From Candidatus Methylomirabilota bacterium (GTDB taxonomy: Bacteria > Methylomirabilota > Methylomirabilia > Rokubacteriales > CSP1-6), in the NCBI GenBank assembly GCA_035764725.1, contig DASTYT010000051.1, positions 4,603 to 68,602 of the forward strand: a DNA stretch of 64,000 nucleotides, written 5' to 3'. Both the position numbers and the translations under genes were made by a program. Shown here in pieces: positions 59,632 to 64,000 of this stretch (position 1 is its first letter; each line of letters starts with the position of its first letter). The notes beneath the pieces were generated by a model. That model saw only the letters and a list, made by a program, of their open reading frames with translations, searched no databases and was not told the origin of the DNA.

Positions 59632-62002
59632 CGCGCCCGCGCGCATCCCCGAGGGCGAGAGCTACATCGGCCGCAGCATCGTGCGCCCGCAGGCGGCGCG
59701 CCTCCTGGCCGGGCGGGGGCAGTTCACCGACGATCTCCACCTCCCGCGCATGCTCCACGCGGCCTTCCTGCGCTGCCCGCACGCCCACGCCCGCGTGGTG
59801 TCCCTGGACGCGCGCGCCGCCGCGTCGCTCGCGGGTGTCGTGCGGGTGATTGCGGGCGACGAGATGGCGAGCGTCTGCGCGGGCTGGGTGGGTACCCTGG
59901 CGCACTTCCAGGGCATGAAGTCGGCGCGCCAGCATCCGCTCGCCCGCGGGCGCGCGACCTGGCAGGGGGAACCGGTGGCGGCGGTGGTGGCGGAGAGCCG
60001 TGCGCTCGCCGAGGACGGGGTGGCGCGCCTCGCGGTCGAGTGGGCTCCGCTGCCCGCGGTCACCGACGCCGAGAGGGCGCTGGCCCCGGAGACGCCGGTG
60101 ATCCATCCGGAGCTCGGCGACAACCTCGCGTTCTCCCTCGAGCTCGAGTCCGGCGATCCCGACGGCGCCTTCGCGGGCGCCGATCACGTGTACCGCGACA
60201 CCTTCTGGATGGGCCGCCACACCGGCGTCACGCTGGAGCCGCGGGCCATCCTCGCCGACTTCGATCCCACCGAGCGCCGGCTCACCGTGTATCACTCGTT
60301 CCAGGCGCCGAACATGATGCAGGACATCCTCGCCCGCCATCTCGCGCTGCCCGAGGAGAACGTACGGGTGATCTGCAAGGACGTGGGCGGCTCCTTCGGC
60401 ATCAAGGTCCACATCTATCCCGACGAGATGGCGACCTGCGCCCTGGCGGTGCTGCTGGGCCGGCCGGTCAAGTTCGTCGCCGACCGCCTCGAGTCGTTCC
60501 AGTCGGACATTCACGCGCGGGATCATCGCGTCACCGCCGAGGTGGCGGTGCGGCGCGACGGTACCATCCTCGGCATGCGGGTCGACGATCTCACCGGCAT
60601 CGGCCCCTACTCGGTGTACCCGCGGACCAGCGCGGTGGAGGGGAACCAGACGGTGAGGCTCACGCCGGGCGTCTACCGCTTCCGCAACTACGCGGCCCGG
60701 CTGCGCGTGGTCTTCCAGAACAAGACGCCGATGTGCCAGTACCGCGCGGTGGGTCACCCGGTCGCCTTCGCGGTCATGGAGGGCATGGTGGATCGCGTGG
60801 CGCGGGAGCTGGGGCTCGATCCCGTGGAGGTGCGGCGGCGGAACTACGTCACGGCGGAGATGTACCCCTACACGTCGCAGACCGGCTACTTCTTCGAGCG
60901 CCTGTCCCACGAGGAGTGCCTCGACCGCCTGCTCGCGCTCGCGAGCTATCGCGCGCTCTGCGCCGAGCGCGACGCCTTGCGCGCCCGCGGCGTCTACCGC
61001 GGTCTGGGCCTCTGCGCCTTCATCGAGCTGACCACCCCCGGGCCCGCCTTCTACGGCGTGGGCGGGGCCCGCATCTCCTCACAGGACGGCTGCACGCTGA
61101 AGCTCGAGCCCAGCGGCGCGGTGACCTGCACCACCGGCGTCACCGAGCAGGGGCAGGGAACCGACGCCATGCTCGCGCAGGTGGTCGCGACCGCGGTGGG
61201 CGTGCCGATCGAGCGCGTGCGCGTGCTCACCGGCGACACCCTCGTGTCGCCATACGGCGGCGGGACGTGGGCCTCGCGGGGCGCCGGGATCGGCGGCGAG
61301 GCGGCGCTCCAGTCGGGCAAGGCGCTCAAGGCGAACATCCTCCGCGTCGCCGGCGCCATGCTCCAGTGCGAGCCCGACGACCTGGACCTCCGCCGCGGCA
61401 AGGTGGTCGACGCGGCCAGCGGCGAGGTGCGCTTCGATCTCGCCGAGCTGGGGCGGGTCGCCTACTTCCGGCCCGATACCCTGCCCAAGGATTTCCAGGC
61501 CGAGCTGACGGTGACCCGGCACTACGTGCCGCGCCACCAGGGCTTCGCCTTCACCAACGGCATCCAGCTCTCGCACGTCGAGGTCGACGTCGCCACCGGC
61601 TTCGTGCGGCTGCTGGGCCACTGGGTGGTCGAGGACTGCGGCCGCATCATCAACCCGCGGCTCGTCGACGAGCAGCTCCGCGGCGCCATCGTGCAGGGCA
61701 TCGGCGCCGCGCTCTTCGAGCACTGCGTGTACGACGACGCCGGCCAGCTCCTCACCGGGACCATGGCCGACTATCTCGTGCCCATGGCCGCCGAGATGCC
61801 GGACATCGTGGTGGGGCACGTCGAGACGCCGACCGCGTTCGCCGAGGGCGGGTTCAAGGGCGCGGGAGAAGCGGGCACGGCGGGCGCGCCGGGCGCGGTG
61901 CTCAATGCAGTCAACGACGCGCTCGCGCCGCTCGGCGCGCGGGTCACGCGCCAGCCCATCACGCCGGAGGTCGTGCTGCGCGCGCTGGGAACCCTCGCAT
62001 AA
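59624..62002 (+). CDS. Xanthine dehydrogenase/CoxL-family molybdopterin-binding large subunit (coxMSL gene order, non-canonical active-site loop)
   Basis: 792 aa. 8-nt overlap with the small subunit. Loop MCQYRAVGHP aligns where form I has VAYRCSFR and form II AYRGAGR, so it is neither a bona fide CO dehydrogenase nor a classical XDH. Start by residue counting. Confidence 0.85.
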   Translation: MADAPARIPEGESYIGRSIVRPQAARLLAGRGQFTDDLHLPRMLHAAFLRCPHAHARVVSLDARAAASLAGVVRVIAGDEMASVCAGWVGTLAHFQGMKSARQHPLARGRATWQGEPVAAVVAESRALAEDGVARLAVEWAPLPAVTDAERALAPETPVIHPELGDNLAFSLELESGDPDGAFAGADHVYRDTFWMGRHTGVTLEPRAILADFDPTERRLTVYHSFQAPNMMQDILARHLALPEENVRVICKDVGGSFGIKVHIYPDEMATCALAVLLGRPVKFVADRLESFQSDIHARDHRVTAEVAVRRDGTILGMRVDDLTGIGPYSVYPRTSAVEGNQTVRLTPGVYRFRNYAARLRVVFQNKTPMCQYRAVGHPVAFAVMEGMVDRVARELGLDPVEVRRRNYVTAEMYPYTSQTGYFFERLSHEECLDRLLALASYRALCAERDALRARGVYRGLGLCAFIELTTPGPAFYGVGGARISSQDGCTLKLEPSGAVTCTTGVTEQGQGTDAMLAQVVATAVGVPIERVRVLTGDTLVSPYGGGTWASRGAGIGGEAALQSGKALKANILRVAGAMLQCEPDDLDLRRGKVVDAASGEVRFDLAELGRVAYFRPDTLPKDFQAELTVTRHYVPRHQGFAFTNGIQLSHVEVDVATGFVRLLGHWVVEDCGRIINPRLVDEQLRGAIVQGIGAALFEHCVYDDAGQLLTGTMADYLVPMAAEMPDIVVGHVETPTAFAEGGFKGAGEAGTAGAPGAVLNAVNDALAPLGARVTRQPITPEVVLRALGTLA

Positions 62003-62039
62003 CTTGACACGCGCCCGGCGCGGCCCCGATAGTGCGGAC

Positions 62040-63203
62040 ATGGCGGGGCCAGCGCCGCAGGGGCCGGGAGGCCAGCCCTCGTTCTTCCGCAAGCCGCCCG
62101 AGCCATCCTCCTCCGGATCCGCGCCGCCGGCGCCGTCCGTCGTGACGCCTCCGCCGCCCGCGCCGCCGTCCGGAATCACGCCGCCCCCGCCGCCGCCTCC
62201 GGTGATCGTGCCGCCGCCGCCTGCGCCGCGGCCCAGCGAGCCGCCGCCTCCGTTCGCGGGGGGCGAGACGCATCGCTTCGTCTTCCACGGACGGGGCGGG
62301 TCGCTGTTCGGCATTCACATCGTCAACGTGCTCCTGACCATCGCCACCCTCGGCGTCTACTATTTCTGGGGCAAGACGCGGGTGCGGAAGTACGTCTGGG
62401 GGCAGTCGGAGATCGCGGGCGATCGGTTCGCCTATCACGGCACGGGGCGCGAGCTCTTCCTCGGCTTCCTGAAGGCCATGCTCTTCTTCTTGCTGCCGCT
62501 CTACCTCCTGTACCTCCTGCGAGCGTTCGCCCCCTGGGTGGCCCTCAAGGTGGTGGCGACGGTCCTCAGCTCCATCATCGCGACCGTGTTCCTGCCCCTC
62601 GCCATCGTGGGCGCGCGCCGCTACCGGCTGAGCCGCAGCTCCTGGCGCGGCATCCGCTTCTCGTTCCGCGGCTCGGCGTGGGAGTTCGTCAAGTTCTTCA
62701 TCGTCAACACGCTGCTCGTCTCGCTCACGCTGGGCCTCTGGTACCCGGTGCTCGACGTGGGCCGTCACGCCTTCCTCACCCGTCACTCGTGGTTCGGCAA
62801 CCGCAAGTTCGACTTCGACGGCACGAGCGGAGGACTCTTCGGCCGCTTCGTGCTCAGCCTCGTCCTGACCCCCTTGACGCTGGGGCTCTGCTGGTTCTGG
62901 TATCTCGCGCGCAGGCGTCGCTACTTCTGGGAGCACACCACGTTCGGCGCCGCACGCTTCCGTAACACCACGCGCGGCGGTCCCCTTCTATGGCTGATGC
63001 TCGGGAATTTCATTCTGCTCATCGTCACGCTGGGGCTCGGCTGGCCGTGGGCCCAGGTGCGGTCGGCGCGCTTCCTGGCGCGCAACCTCTCCCTGGTGGG
63101 AGCGCTCGACCTCGACACGATCCAGCAGGACGCGCGCGCTGCCTCGACCACCGGCGAGGGTCTCGCCGGTCTGCTCGACGTCGGCACCCTCGACCTCGGC
63201 TAG
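62040..63203 (+). CDS. DUF898 (YjgN-like) family inner-membrane protein with Pro-rich N-terminal region
   Basis: 387 aa. N-terminal PPPPAPPSGITPPPPPPPV tract, then DUF898 signature (RFVFHGRGGSLFGIHIVN...YFWGKT; repeated half with RFSFRGSAWEF). Confidence 0.65.
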   Translation: MAGPAPQGPGGQPSFFRKPPEPSSSGSAPPAPSVVTPPPPAPPSGITPPPPPPPVIVPPPPAPRPSEPPPPFAGGETHRFVFHGRGGSLFGIHIVNVLLTIATLGVYYFWGKTRVRKYVWGQSEIAGDRFAYHGTGRELFLGFLKAMLFFLLPLYLLYLLRAFAPWVALKVVATVLSSIIATVFLPLAIVGARRYRLSRSSWRGIRFSFRGSAWEFVKFFIVNTLLVSLTLGLWYPVLDVGRHAFLTRHSWFGNRKFDFDGTSGGLFGRFVLSLVLTPLTLGLCWFWYLARRRRYFWEHTTFGAARFRNTTRGGPLLWLMLGNFILLIVTLGLGWPWAQVRSARFLARNLSLVGALDLDTIQQDARAASTTGEGLAGLLDVGTLDLG

Positions 63204-63219
63204 GTCGAGTCTCCTCGGC

Positions 63220-64000
63220 ATGCGCACGGACTGGACCGGCCACTATCTCGACGGGCGCGCGCCGGTGCGCCGCCCCGCGCGGGTGCACCTCACGCGCACC
63301 GGGATCGAGATCGTGCCCGAGGGCGGCGCCACCGCGTTCTGGCCCTACGCCGAGGTGCGGCAGACGCAGGGCTGGCATGTCGGCGAAGAGGTACGGCTCG
63401 AGCGGGGGAGCGACCTGCCAGAGTCGATCGTCATCGCCGATTCCGCCTTCCTCGAGGACCTGCGCGAGATCGCCCAGGCGCCGGGGCGGCGCTTCCACGA
63501 TCCGCGCCGTCGCGGGCGGCGAGTGGCCTACACGGTTGCGGCCGCGGTGGCCATCGTGGCCATCTGCGCCGGCCTCTATCTCTGGGGCATTCCCGCCGCC
63601 GCGAGCGTGGTGGCGGCACGGGTGCCCGTCGCGTGGGAGCAGGATCTCGGCCGCTCGGTGATCGACAGCATGGTCCCGAAGGAGAAGGTCTGCCGCGAGC
63701 CGGACGGCCAGCGGGCGCTCGAGTCGCTGCTGGCCACCCTGGTCGCCGCCGGGCCGCCGTCACCTTACACGTTCCGCATTCAGGTGGTCGACACGAAGAC
63801 CGTGAACGCCTTCGCGGCGCCCGGCGGCTACATCGTCGTGCTGCGCGGGCTCATCGACGAGGCGCGCAGCCCCGAGGAGCTCGCGGGGGTGCTCGCCCAC
63901 GAGATGCAGCACGTGCTGCAGCGTCACTCCACCAAGGCCCTCGTGCAGCATCTCTCGACGGGCCTCCTCATCACCGCGCTCACCGGGGACGTGAGCGGCG
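63220..64000 (+). CDS. M48-family zinc metallopeptidase (partial, 3' end beyond window)
   Basis: HExxH motif HEMQHV. TM helix VAYTVAAAVAIVAICAGLYLWGI. M48 peptidases frequently neighbour DUF898 genes. Confidence 0.65.
   Translation, partial: MRTDWTGHYLDGRAPVRRPARVHLTRTGIEIVPEGGATAFWPYAEVRQTQGWHVGEEVRLERGSDLPESIVIADSAFLEDLREIAQAPGRRFHDPRRRGRRVAYTVAAAVAIVAICAGLYLWGIPAAASVVAARVPVAWEQDLGRSVIDSMVPKEKVCREPDGQRALESLLATLVAAGPPSPYTFRIQVVDTKTVNAFAAPGGYIVVLRGLIDEARSPEELAGVLAHEMQHVLQRHSTKALVQHLSTGLLITALTGDVSG

Overview
This 64-kb window is ~70% GC and densely coding on the + strand. It looks like a soil-type high-GC bacterial chromosome (Rokubacteria/NC10- or actinobacterium-like gene content). The lineage was not determined. 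Many long six-frame ORFs on the opposite strand are high-GC artefacts.

Content from 5' to 3':
1. A fragment of a hopanoid-associated cluster: hpnG-like phosphorylase, hpnA-like epimerase, an HpnC/HpnD-type squalene-synthase-family gene, two Zn-dependent alcohol dehydrogenases, and ispH.
2. A fumarylacetoacetate hydrolase (FAH) family hydrolase, an EF-G paralog, a LipJ-like hydrolase/cyclase fusion, and thrC.
3. A candidate sulfur-oxidation island: flavocytochrome c sulfide dehydrogenase (flavoprotein + diheme cytochrome), a TauE/SafE exporter, a fused FeS/NrfD protein, a Tat-less Mo-bisPGD catalytic subunit (SoeABC-like architecture), and a TlpA thioredoxin.
4. An ~11.7-kb run of TCA-cycle genes: aconitase, icd, mdh, two-subunit class I fumarase, sdhCAB, sucCD, then ndk.
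5. Transport genes: a NitT/TauT-type ABC system next to an LLM oxidoreductase, biotin carboxylase + BCCP, a polar amino-acid ABC system, and a branched-chain LivK/H/M system whose ATPases LivG/LivF lie ~7 kb away on the opposite strand.
6. Two xanthine-dehydrogenase-family molybdoenzymes: an orphan large subunit and a complete coxM-S-L-like operon.
7. A giant AsmA/DUF748-like envelope protein with an OmpA-like C-terminus plus a BON lipoprotein, then a DUF898 protein and a partial M48 peptidase.

Small features outside the ORF track or its listed starts: a 59-aa CPxCG-type zinc-ribbon gene coupled to livF, a 45-aa high-GC3 membrane peptide antisense between two ABC genes, a 37-codon ORF carrying an exact 34-bp tandem duplication between livK and livH, a 19-bp-stem intercistronic hairpin, and nested palindromes plus a 5'UTR hairpin upstream of aconitase.

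Coordinates that did not come from the ORF track may be off by 1-2 nt. No rRNA, tRNA or CRISPR array was seen.
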